This document shows, piece by piece, positions 53,103 to 64,000 of a stretch of DNA of 64,000 nucleotides; within the stretch, counting starts at the first letter, position 1; each line of letters begins with the position of its first letter. The notes beneath the pieces are model-generated. The model was not told where the DNA came from, made no database searches, and was given only the letters and a program-made list of their open reading frames with translations. The stretch is from Podarcis cretensis (taxonomy: Eukaryota). The stretch covers positions 67,394,001 through 67,458,000 of the forward strand of contig OX638149.1 of the NCBI GenBank assembly GCA_951804945.1. Direction: 5' to 3'. A program made the translations under genes and the position numbers.

Positions 53103-53266
53103 CTGTGGTAAAAAACCCACCCAACAACCTATGGATCATTGCTGCAGTGTTGGCTCCCATTGCTGTGGTTACAGTCATCATCATCATTATCACGGCAGTT
53201 CTGTGCAGGAAGAACAAAAATGACTTCAAGGGAGACACCATGATGAACCTACCACAGAGAGCCAAA
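53103..53266 (+). CDS. KIAA1549L: KIAA1549L transmembrane exon (P)VVKNPPNNLWIIAAVLAPIAVVTVIIIIITAVLCRKNK…QRAK
   Basis: Acceptor tatacag|CT, donor AAA|gtaagt; 164 nt, phase 1-0. Hydrophobic helix at 53129-53206 followed by basic RKNK. Confidence 0.95.
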
Positions 53267-54008
53267 GTAAGTAATTTTCATCCCAGGCTCAGGAATGGGA
53301 ATTTCTTCTTCAGGGTTACATTCTCCATCATTCTGTACTTGAAGAACAAGATTGTGCTCTCTTTGGACAGATTTTACTAAACCAGTAAGACAGTAAATAC
53401 TCTGTGCTCAGAGACAGAATGAAGCCGTTCCCATTTATAGGCTTCCACCCAAGTGCAAGGCAATCTTTATAGTGTAAGTCCCTGTGAAACGAAGGAAGTA
53501 CTAGCTGCTTAATGTGTCTTCAGAATAACCTTTAAAAAAACCCTCTTTTTTCAACCATACAGGTTGAGCAGGCATTCTTGGGAGGAGGGTTAGAAGGAAG
53601 TACAGAATAGAATACGTGATTCATAGCAATATGCTTCCTGATAACTGCTGCTATTCATTTCTTTTTGCCAGGGAGTCTAAAAAGGTCATTATCAGGTGTT
53701 TGAAACACTCTATTAACTTACTAGTGCCTCATGACCATAGTAGAACAGCATGGTTGAAATGAGATAATAGATATTCACCAGTTGTGCCTGCATGCCAAAG
53801 AAAGAAAGAAACGATCTAGCTCTACCAGGTGAAAGTGGGGAATAAAATATCCTGATCAATATCAATCACTACTTCAATGTTTTGTAGAAGTTTTTATTCT
53901 AGATACTAGGTACTAGTCATATCTAAAAGGAAAAGCAAGACATCATTTAAGAAAAATTTAGAAACCTTATTAAAATTTTATGAAATAAAAAAATAAAAAT
54001 AAACAGTA

Positions 54009-54247
54009 CAGTCGACTCTTATCTTATGCGATGGTTACGTTTCAAGGATAGTGCATAAAGCCAAATTGGTGCATAGTCAAAACACACTCTCCCTGCACTT
54101 TTGAATGCATGCTCAAGGTGAATGCAATGGCAGGTGGAATTGCTGATATCCCCCACTGGATGCCTGCTCCCCTTTTTATTTTTTTTCAGCCAAGTGCATA
54201 AAGCTGAATTCACACAAGCTAAAGGAGGCTAAATTGCGGGTGGACTG
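54009..54247. mobile_element. Old Tigger/pogo-like MITE
   Basis: TA|CAGTCGAC … GTGGACTG|TA with degenerate TIRs. Confidence 0.6.
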
Positions 54248-54699
54248 TATACATTAATAGATTGTCTCTTTTCTGATTTTGATAATAATATCATATCACT
54301 TTTATATAGTTTAAATGCAGAAATAGCAAAAATGAATAGCCCACCCAGGTGTCACAATTTATTTATTTTTCTTTTGAAGAGGCCAGAAATATGATTGGAG
54401 TAAAAAATCTGAGCTACATGCTTTTTTGTATAACAGATTCACAAGTAGGATAGTGAAGCAAACAACAGGGAAAATCCTCAAGATATTTTACCTCCATTTG
54501 GCTGAACTGAAACTGGAGGTTGAAAGTTCATAGGAAGCAGCAAGTTTCTGCCTCAAGTGGTGCTACCTCACCTGAGTCTGAAAATAGATTGCAGTTGTTG
54601 TGTTCTAGGAAAGCTTATTGTTTCCTGGATGGTTCTTGGGGGCTTGTCATTGAGAAGATCCTTGATGACAGATAAGCTTTCATGAAACATCTGCCTATG

Positions 54700-55015
54700 G
54701 TTTGTTTGTTTACTTATTTATTTGAATGTATCTATTTATTGAATTTCCAAATTGTCCAATGACAGAAATTCTCTGGGTAGTTCTCAGTACCTATAAAAAT
54801 AGAAAATAATGCATACTTATGAAATATGAACGGTACAATGTAAAGCTGGAATCAAAATACAATGACAGATGAAACAGCAGTGCAAAAGGTATAAACCCTA
54901 CACACACACATAAATCTACGGAATGCTGAAGCACTTTCCTAAAAGGCCTGGCAATGCAACAGAAAAACTACAGTGTTGGCACCAAGTGAGCCTCTCTAAG
55001 GAGAGCATTCCACAT
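54700..55015 (-). mobile_element. L2 LINE 3' remnant, very decayed
   Basis: Minus peptide WNALLREAHLVPTL plus an AT-rich tttatt tail. Confidence 0.5.
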
Positions 55016-57329
55016 TCAGTATTGGAATGTGTTTGAGTTTACTTGGTGAAGTTGAAGATGTCTTGCCAGCAACAAGAAGTGCTCGTATGACCTTGAATGT
55101 TATCTGGAGTCTTCAGACTCAGCTTTGGGAACCTTCTTTTCTCCTCTCTCTGCACCATGGTCCCCCTCCAAACAATCGCCTCTTCCCTGCGGCTAAAGTT
55201 TACTCTTGAAAAACAGCAGATGATCCTCTGGGTACATATCCTGGCTTACATCTAGTTTGCTCTTTACTTCATTACTCTGGCCAGCATCTGTACAGTTCGG
55301 AATTCTGTGGGTTAGTTAAGGCTCTTGCCATGAATATAAAATTTGGATAGTATAATTAAATGAACATTTGTGCACAGGGATAAGAGGATAAAGGTCCTTC
55401 CTGTTTTTGATTTATGTGCTCTAGTGTTAAATGTTTGATTAATGAAATTAGAAGAACATTTTGTTTTCATTTTAGCCTGCCTGGAGTTTTGGTATGTCAG
55501 GCATAACAGTAATCGTAATTGCTAGCAAATTATTAAGCGTAAAATCTTGGCAATGCAAATAGTTGCCAGTAATATGTGCTGAGTGTATTTAAATAGACTG
55601 TGTGTTGTTTCTCTAGTTGCAAAAATGCCTGAAACTACTTGAGCACTGCAAACCTTCTGGATGAAAAATCTGTTCTGTGAATATGGCTGAAGTGGTTTGT
55701 TTATTAAAATTATGCTTATGAAATGACGTTATAATCTGTGTATATTTAAAATCTATTGATTAGGACGGCTGCTGCTGAGGGTAATTTGTGAGCCTTTGCT
55801 CTGCAAAATATAACGTTTCAAGCCTTCTGAAAAGGAACCTTCTTGGCTTGCTGCTTTTATTCTTGTGGAGTGTTTCTATTTTATTTTCTCTGCTCTGCTT
55901 GCTTTGATTTCACATATCAAGGGGGAACAAGGAGAGTGGAACTGCATAATCAGTGCTGCAGTCCTGCTGCTGCTAAGAGACTCCTATGCACTGCAGCTCT
56001 TTGCACAGAAGGGCTGCCTGCTGGACCACGTTTTAGAACTCTCCCTTTGTGAATGGAACTAAGCGAATTATTGAAAGGATAGAGGGGTAATGAATCCTTT
56101 GGCATTAAATGTTACAATATGCAGCAGGTGAGGGAAGAGTTTTGGCGTGCCACCCAGGCCGTCCGGTTAAGGACAGCTCTTTGAAGGAAGCTGGGCAAAT
56201 TGAATGTACTCGGAAAAGATCAAGTCTAGGATCTTGAGAGTTCTTAAATCCTTTTGTCATCCTTGATTGCTTTAACAATAAGGATGGTCTGTACTACACT
56301 ACATTTGTGTCAACTGAGTTCAACCAAAAAGAAAAGTGGGGGAAGTGAGGTTTTTGGCACAAGAAGTGAATGAATGCACATAAGCATGCTCTCCAAAATA
56401 AGGGCATCTGTTCTTGTTAAACTTATGAGGGTTTTTTGCCTGATAGAAACTGAAATACATTGCAAGGGTTGACTATTGAATGTGTTGGATTTCAGCTACA
56501 TTATTTTATGTTTTGATGTGGAGACTATCTCTGTTAAATCTCTGTTCATTTTAATTCATGGCATGATTTTAGAGACAGTGATTTTATATCTGAAGGGCAA
56601 GGAAAGTCAGGTGTATGTACCCTGTACCCTGTGCTCTTATGACAGATAATGTGTGCCTGTTGGCTTAAATGTTGCTGTTAATGTAATTAAATGAGTACAT
56701 TTCTGTAGAGTTCCATTGCAAGGGCATTTACATACTTTTATGTTCACAGAACTGTTCATCTGACAGTATTCAGTCAGCTTCAGTTCTCTATTGTGATACG
56801 AAATTTCGAACTGGTGGGCACATTACAATGCTGAAATGATTTTTGTGGTTTATTTCTGGAGTTCACACATTTCCTCCCTATTACTGTATTCCTGCGTAGC
56901 TGTTGCCAGAATGGAACAAACAGTTTTGCCAAGTAAACCACAGAAGTAGATTGAAGCTCCAGCCTAATTAGGTCTCTAATGTGAAGTCCTTTATTATTCA
57001 GGAGTTTCTTAGTGTCAGAAGCTTGCCCCCCTTACTTTTATGTCAGATTATTATACTATTATTATTTTAAAAAATAATAATCCCCACAGTCCAGAATATA
57101 GTGTGAAAGTATATGATATGGAGGATGCATAGTGGCACTGAAAGCAGCTACCTGTGAGGATCTCCTTCTCTCCTGGCAAATCTCAATATGCAACGTGATG
57201 TCTAGTGTTGAGAATCCCTACACTCTGCAAACAGGAGTCTGTGAGCTAGAATTGAAGACATTCTCAACACAATTATGTCACTGTGGGAGGGGGCAGTCTA
57301 CTTTTAACATTATTGCTGACACCTGTCAG

Positions 57330-57430
57330 TCTTGAGGAGTACGCCTCTGTGGGTGAAGCCAAATCATTGGAGGGTTACAGCGCCTGCTGTGGCTGTAGAG
57401 GCCAATACTGGAGAGACATGTTTCACTGCA
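57330..57430 (-). mobile_element. RTE-clade LINE 3' fragment
   Basis: Minus peptide CSETCLSSIGLYSHSRRC matches the RTE C-terminal zinc-finger-like motif CxSRIGLxSHxRxC. Confidence 0.7.
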
Positions 57431-59399
57431 GAAATTAGAGAGGCTAAAAAATAAGGATAAAGGGTTTCGTTGCACAGTTGGCAACATATTGATTGCTTTC
57501 TGACAGTTGAATTTAATAACCTTTAATTTGTATAAAAAATGTTCTGTGCATTAAAAATTGAAAGAAGGTGAGAAACTTTCCCCTGTAGTTATTTTTCAGT
57601 GTCTTACTTCATTTTGAAAAAGAAAAACCTATCTCCCCCCCCCCCCCGGGAGAATTTTGGCATGCCATTGAATGTGCCTCCTGAATGCCCATGCTGCAAC
57701 CAGGGTCTTTTGTTTTTTGTTTTTATAGAATATTCAGGTTCATTGGAAACCTGTGATTTGTGATACGAATGAAAAAACACTTGACAGGTTTGACTCTAAA
57801 ATAGCTCTGCTTATTGATTGTTTCAGTCAAAATGTCACAACGGATTCATCAAGTGTTGTCCTCATTGCCCTCTACGTGTTTTAACAATTTCCCCTAAGAT
57901 GGAACTGGAGCTTTTCCTTCAAATGGCTCTGACAACAGAAGTGTCACTGGAATGTTCTTCTAGCTCAGTTTATGTGAAACATTGTAATAGGGTTTCACAT
58001 TGGTGATGGAGGACAGTCCAAAATTGGAAATAAGATTTGAATATCTAATGTCATAGGTCTGCCTCCTGAAGCCATTTCAGATGGGACTGAAACCCTCCAT
58101 ATTCTGGACCAATCTGAAATTAAACCATTTTATGTCTCTACTATGAGCAATCTATGCTGCCTTCTATCCCTAGCAGAAAGGCAGAAGGGCAGACCCATGG
58201 CAGCCATAAGGCCTCAGGCTAAGTATCTATACTCCCTTCTTTCGGTATTTATGGCTGCTCTGATTCATTCATTTCAAAGTACATTGAAGTGACCCCACTC
58301 AGTCAGAATTCAAGTAAGTAAGTATGTATGTATGTATGTGTGTATAAAATACAACATACGTACGGTAAGTTTAGAGATGGTATACATGTGAAATGTTGTA
58401 TGCATCAGTTGAATGTAATTGATCATCACAAGTTACAAAAGTGGAGCTATTGTTTACACAAAGCAGGTGGTGCTCTGCATAGTAGACAATTTCAGCCCAT
58501 CTGTAAAGTTAAAAAATGGATATGTTCCAGCAAGTTGCTAATACAAAAGGCCTGAAACATGACTTTATTGTTTTGGCATGCCATTTAATGTCACATTTGT
58601 TCCTTTATATTTTGGAGTAACACAAGGGTACAGCTTAACATTTCAAAACCATTTTGTTCTGGGTGATATAAGCAACAGTGTTTGAAGAAGACACTGATTT
58701 CATCAAGGTCAGAGTATCTCCCGCTGCATTTTCATCTTATATCTTTGGGGGATTGCTGTGTCTGTCTAAGAAACATTGGACTTTTTTTTTTTAATTATAA
58801 AAAATCTGTTGACCTGATATGACTTGTGAAGCAGACAATAAGCTGGTACATTTTCTGTTTCTTTCTTCTTTCCCATATTCTGATTCATTCTCTCTCTCTC
58901 TCTCTTATGGATTTGATTCCAATAAATCATTTGTCTGCTAAAAAATAGGGCCATTCTAAACATTGTTTCTCTGTAGTTTGAAGCCCCCTTTTTTACTCTA
59001 AGCTGCTGCAAATTCTTGGTGCAATGTTCTTCCTCCATTGACCTTACAGCTTAATTTGCCTACACAGCTATTTAATTCCGTTGGCTGTTGCAGCCACCTT
59101 ATCATCCATGATTGTCCATGTCATGGATGCCTGTAAAGAAAACTACATGGGTCACAACAGCCAAAGAAGAAAGAAGGAAATGCCACCAAGAAGAATAGTA
59201 TTGGGATGAGACACATGGGTTTGCAATAAGTGCCAAAACTTGGATGATGCTTTCAGAGTCACAAAATGGAGTTCTAAAGAAGGCATGTAGACAGTAAAAT
59301 ACTTAAAAACGAATGCAGCTACTTTCCCATTAATTCTGTTTCCACAAAAGCATTAATAAATATGAGTAGTTTTCCCTTCACTCTTAGGTACATAAGAGC

Positions 59400-59469
59400 T
59401 TGGCAGGGGGTTGGACTCGATGGCCCTTGTGGTCTCTTCCAACTCTATGATTCTATGATTCTATGATTC
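59400..59469 (+). mobile_element. CR1 3' terminus with (ATTCTATG)n tail
   Basis: ggcagggggttggactcgatggcccttgtggtctcttccaactctatgattctatgattctatgattc. Confidence 0.85.
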
Positions 59470-59566
59470 ATATAATGTGCATCTCTGGCTAAATTTTGAA
59501 TTGTACAATTAAAAATGTAATAAATGTATATCTGATTCAGAACTCCTTTGTTTTCTGTATCTGCAG

Positions 59567-59757
59567 CCAGTCCAAGGATTTGACTATGCCAAGCAACATT
59601 TGGGTCAACAGGGAGCTGAAGATGAGGTTTTGCCTGTAACCCAAGAGACTGTAGTACTGCCGCTTCCAGTGAGAGATGCTCCTGCCTCTCAGGAGAGGGA
59701 AATTATTCAGGATGGAAGCACTGCTAAAATTGCAAAGTCCAATGACACAAGAAAGAG
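59567..59757 (+). CDS. KIAA1549L: KIAA1549L cytoplasmic exon PVQGFDYAKQHLGQQGAEDEVLPVTQETVVLPLPVRDAP…DTRK
   Basis: Acceptor atctgcag|CCA, donor AGAG|gtaagt; 191 nt, phase 0-2. Translated by hand. Confidence 0.93.
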
Positions 59758-61949
59758 GTAAGTATTAACAGCAGAAGGAACACCCTGGTCAGTCTTAATT
59801 CGAAACTACTGTGGAATTTACAACCATTACAGTGCCTATATAATGGTCTTTCTCGTGTGCATGTGTGTGTGTGTGTGTAGAGATATTGAAGCCAGAGTGA
59901 AGGACTGCTATATTGATTAGCTAGGCTTCCTACAGAAAATATTACTATTGTAATATATTTTTGCAAGTTCTTCTTGTTCGAGGGATATTGGTGAACAAAA
60001 AGTGACTTTCTATATTTTGTTAGGTGGCCTTCCATTTTATATAATCACTTACCTGCCTTGCTCAATTTGTTTGTTCGCAATTGTTTGTTTGCTTAGTTCA
60101 AATGATAAACTGAAACTTAAGTCAAATAAGATGGATGTGGTTCATTAGCCCAGGGACATGGAATTGCTCTATCCTCTAATGGAGCAGCTTCACAGGTTGG
60201 GATTCAACTAGTGAGTCCTGTCAGTGAAAGCCCTGTACAGGGACTTCTGCTTGCACAATGCGATGTTCTTCCTCTCCTCCCCTGGTGCCTCCTGAGAGTG
60301 GCTCTGGGGGGAGGGGACAGAAGAACCCCTGGAGCAGTGCACCATTGTGGGCAAGAGGGGGGGGATAACCTTACTTTTAAGCCAAAATACTTGCCCTGAA
60401 GGAACAATCGCTTAGGCGTGACATTGAATTCCTCCCACAGTTTGTGAGTTCTCCTAGATCTACCTTTATCATCAGAGACATTTCCTCAGATGCCAGACTT
60501 GTCTTCAGTCACCTCAGGCTTCTCTGCATTGTCAGAAAGATGAATATTTGGAGATAACATAGTTTCCGCAATAGAGATGTAAGAGATTTGATTTGTTTTT
60601 ATTTTATCATGGCAATTTAAAAGAGCAATGTAACCAAAATTATAGGCCTCTTTCCTGAGGATCATGCAAACTCAGTTTCAGCATCTCAAGGGAAGGAGGT
60701 GCAAGTGTAACATACAGAGAATGTGCAGAAGTATTATTAATTTATTTACCGCTTAATTCCCAGATAGTTTCTAAGTGCAACTACTCATACTTCTGATTTA
60801 TTTCAGTAAGGGTGAGGACTTAAAGCGGATGGGGGGAAGACTGCAGAAAATATAGACTTAAAAGCATCTTAAGAGAGAGTTTTGCTAAGCTAAATGGAGC
60901 CCCTCCGGAGAATCTGCTTATTTATCCTGATTTGCTTGCACAAAGCTTACACAGAGGTTAGATTATATCCACTCTTTATTACACATTCATTCTGCATTTT
61001 TTGAGGGGCAGTTACACTACAGCGAGCATTCATCTTGATTTGTTTGTGTGGTGTTTACATTTCCTCCCGATAGCCATTAATCCACACCTTTTCAATGCAT
61101 TTACCTGTCACTTTCCAACTGAAACAGACAGGGTTTTTTTAATTAGTGAAGTAGTTGTGCCAGGGCAACAGAGCACTTTAATCCTCCTAAAATGTGCAGA
61201 CCTAAAGTTCTGGTATGCGGCTGAATCAGTCCCATGATGACTTGGAGGTGCTGCAGATAATTACTGCATCAGTTCTAACCACAGACTTGAGGCTACCTAA
61301 CAGCTGTGGAAATTGTTTACTTTCTGTCAGACCAAAGATTCTTTAATTATAAAGATAAATTTGTCTTATATTTATTTGAAAATGCCCTTGTCTTATGCTC
61401 TGACAGTGATTGCTCCTTGACTTGACAGTAGATTACCAGAACTCGTTACAATAAAGGAGTCGTTGTTGATTTGCTTCCTTTCTTCTGATATCAATACTAC
61501 TAAGGGAAGCTATCTAACATTACAAAATGCATTTGTAATAGTACTACCAAATATCCCTTTAAAAATAGCACCCTTATAATTTATCACCTAAGCCTTTTGC
61601 TAAAACACTTAGAACTGCATCTCACATCACACTTAAAAGACATAGATATGGTAACTTGAAGCTCTCCCTAACAGCCTTACAAAACTTGAGGAGTCTTAAT
61701 TTTCTACAAGACTAGGAAGGGGAGAGACACACCAGCTGTGACTTATGCCACCCTCCTTTTCTTTTGTGTTTATTGTTTACTGTGTTGCTTCTGTGGACAA
61801 GGAGGGGGGGAAGGCTTTTTTTTTTTGCAGTGGATGCTTGTGGGTTAGATTAGAAGAGGTTGGTTTCTATATTCTCTTGTTAGCTTTATTGTTCAAAAAT
61901 ATGTGTGCATAAAACTAACCCATACAGTATATGCATACAAGCCTTTAGC

Positions 61950-62017
61950 TGCATTGCAGGGGGTGAACTAGATGACCCTTGGGATCCCTTCCAACTCTAC
62001 AGCGCTTTGATTCTGTG
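61950..62017 (+). mobile_element. CR1-type 3' terminus
   Basis: gcattgcagggggtgaactagatgacccttgggatcccttccaactctac…gattctgtg. Confidence 0.75.
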
Positions 62018-62617
62018 TATGAAAGTGTGCAAAATTGTATTGAGAATATGCATTCACAATTGAATATCTCTTCTTTTTAAATGTCCAGTGATACAAGACA
62101 ATCTTGCAGAGGCTAAAAAAGGTCTTTTGCTCCTCATACAGAGCCTATAAAACAATTTTTATTGCAAAGCAATTTCTTTTACTATGCAGTTATAAACACA
62201 GCTGCATACAGACTCCATACATGACGAACAGAATGAGAGTGCAGCCATCTTTCTGAAAGAGTGCAAGGAGAAAGAGTTGTGCAGTCAGAATGCTTTAACG
62301 GCCTCTGTATTGGGGGGGGGGGGAAGTGACTTTTTGTCCTTTGCAATATTTCCCTTTATCTCTGTGAGTTTACAAAGGAGATGCATTCAATTGTGAATGC
62401 ATAGAAATCTTTCTAAATTCTGAGCTGTTATGAAAATGTACTGTGGATGCCTCCTTGATTTTATTGTGTTTCTTTATTGCAACATTTTTATCTTTCTTTT
62501 TGTATAAGAATCAGGCTTGAGAAGTCAGCGATGCAAACCAAGCTAATGCAATAACCTTGAAATGAGAAATATGCAGGAGAAACTTACAATCTTCCTTGTT
62601 GCTATGGTTACTTGCAG

Positions 62618-62745
62618 CAGGTCGCCTAGTGAGAACGGTTCTGTCATCAGCAACGAATCAGGAAAGCCCAAGTCAGGCAGAAGCTCTCCACAGAAAGTAA
62701 TGGCACAGCAGAAAGTGACAAAAGAGGAGGGAAGAAAGAGAAATG
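62618..62745 (+). CDS. KIAA1549L: KIAA1549L cytoplasmic exon (S)RSPSENGSVISNESGKP…EEGRKRN
   Basis: Tandem acceptor ttgcag|cag|G, donor AATG|gtgaga; 128 nt, phase 2-1. Confidence 0.92.
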
Positions 62746-63960
62746 GTGAGAAATGTTTCCTGATGAGAGATCTACTGTATAACTGCCATTTCTCCCATGG
62801 AGATATGCTGCCACAGAATATGCAGTATTGCAAGCCATTCTTTTTTTTATGCCCTGCAAATAACAACCCTCCATGCATCTATTCTTCTCTCTAGCTGTGT
62901 TTCCTCTCTTTGTTTATACACATTTCTCTGCTCTATAAAGCTATCCATTCATCACTAAGCTCAGTATTTGTTCAGACTCTTGAATCGTTGCAATCATTGG
63001 CTTGTTTTCATAGTACATTAAGAAAATGGAGTACAGTGGTTTGTATTCATGTACCTGGATCTGTATCCATAGCAAATACCCCTTTTTTGTTTTGTTTTCA
63101 GTGTGGCTTTCAATTCCCCCAGATCTGATAGGATGCCTTAATTAGGCATAACTGGATGTTAAGGTGTGGTGGTCCACAGTGCTGATGATTCTTTGTTCTT
63201 TAGGCACCCTCCTTTTTCTCTGTCTTTGCTAAGGTCCTAAGCTAAAGAGCACCCCCTAAGAGTCTCATTTTTCATATTGAAGCTGTAGGCTTTGTGATTA
63301 ATAGTGTACCAGCTATAGTTAATGAGAACTGGATATTAATTCCCAGCATTTTGTGATTTATTTTTTGCTTGCTTACTGCTCTTCCTGAGTTTTGAATGTT
63401 GTATACTGTATTGTAAACTAATGTGTGAAATCAGTCATTTTTAAAAATTTCTTGCTATCTGATTATCAGTGAATGGCTTGATCTTAAAACTTGCAGCTCC
63501 ATCTTAAAAAAATATATGTGGAACGTACTATATTTTGCACTAATGTAGACTTACAAAGCTTGCATTGCAAACAGCATTAAATATGGTTTTAAAGATACTT
63601 AACTGATTGCAGATGTTTAGGATCAATGTTTGTCCTCCATCTTCAAAGCACTTAATCTGGAAAAGATCCATTGAACTATGTAGTAGTCCCCTGAGTAAAC
63701 TGTCGCCTGAGAACACTGTAAAATATGAATCCTGCAGTGGGTATAGATTCCTGCATTTATAGCAATTATGAAATCTTCTGCTTGCAAGACTGATATCAAA
63801 ATCCACATGAAGCACAATGGAACTAGCAAATGATAGCAATTGGAAAGAAAACGGCATGCTGTTTCCCCTAGATTATATTTTTAAAAATCCTTCCTGAAAG
63901 TATTGAAGAAACACCATTTATTGTCCACTTGTCTGTATTAAATATGTTAGTGAGGATGTT

Positions 63961-64000
63961 ATTTTCTGTTTTGTTTCTTTTTTCTTTGACATTTAGGTTT
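63961..64000 (+). other. Probable splice acceptor of a further exon starting at 63997
   Basis: Long U/C tract attttctgttttgtttcttttttctttgacatttag followed by only 4 bases before the window ends. Confidence 0.45.

Larger units (their letters stand above)
30851..62745 (+). other. KIAA1549L: KIAA1549L gene, partial (11 internal coding exons; first exon and 3' exons outside the window)
   Basis: Exons join in frame with consistent phases. The spliced peptide (…GLTQALRRAF…FQLKT…QSFARLMEQRL…RRFKRATT…PVVKNPPNNLWIIAAVLAPIAVVTVIIIIITAVLCRKNKNDF…PVQGFDYAKQHLGQQGA…RSPSENGSVISNESGKP) matches my recollection of vertebrate KIAA1549L rather than its paralog KIAA1549. Confidence 0.95.

Noticed and set aside
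57827-58313. Possible cassette exon (tttcag acceptor, CAA|gtaagt donor)
   Set aside because: In-frame stop at 58006, no homology, and the donor is part of a GTAA/GTAT repeat.
58990-59140. Tandem acceptor-like sites with upstream UGC motifs (microexon candidate)
   Set aside because: No credible 5' splice site downstream before the in-frame stop.

Overview
Eukaryotic (vertebrate) genomic DNA. The Sauria SINEs indicate a squamate, probably a lacertid lizard (inference). The whole window lies inside one + strand gene, KIAA1549L (UPF0606 family, single-pass type I membrane protein). Bases 1-30850 are read as the distal part of a very long intron whose upstream exon is outside the window. Eleven coding exons follow (30851-62745; 5280 nt, about 1760 codons), and their splice phases chain correctly. 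They encode a 3786-nt Ser/Thr/Pro-rich mucin-like exon, a folded extracellular region with a furin-type RRFKR site, a transmembrane helix and the start of the cytoplasmic tail. The gene continues past the window end. Introns are filled with Sauria and other tRNA-derived SINEs, TA-flanked Tc1/mariner (pogo/Tigger-like) MITEs, hAT MITEs with 8-bp TSDs, CR1/L2/L1/RTE LINE remnants, microsatellites and one assembly gap. I found no convincing new biological system. The most notable items are a GC-AG intron, a frame-symmetric giant exon with downstream poly(A) signals and flanking inverted SINEs, a NAGNAG acceptor, and a hidden 182-codon reading frame that appears when a MITE is excised.
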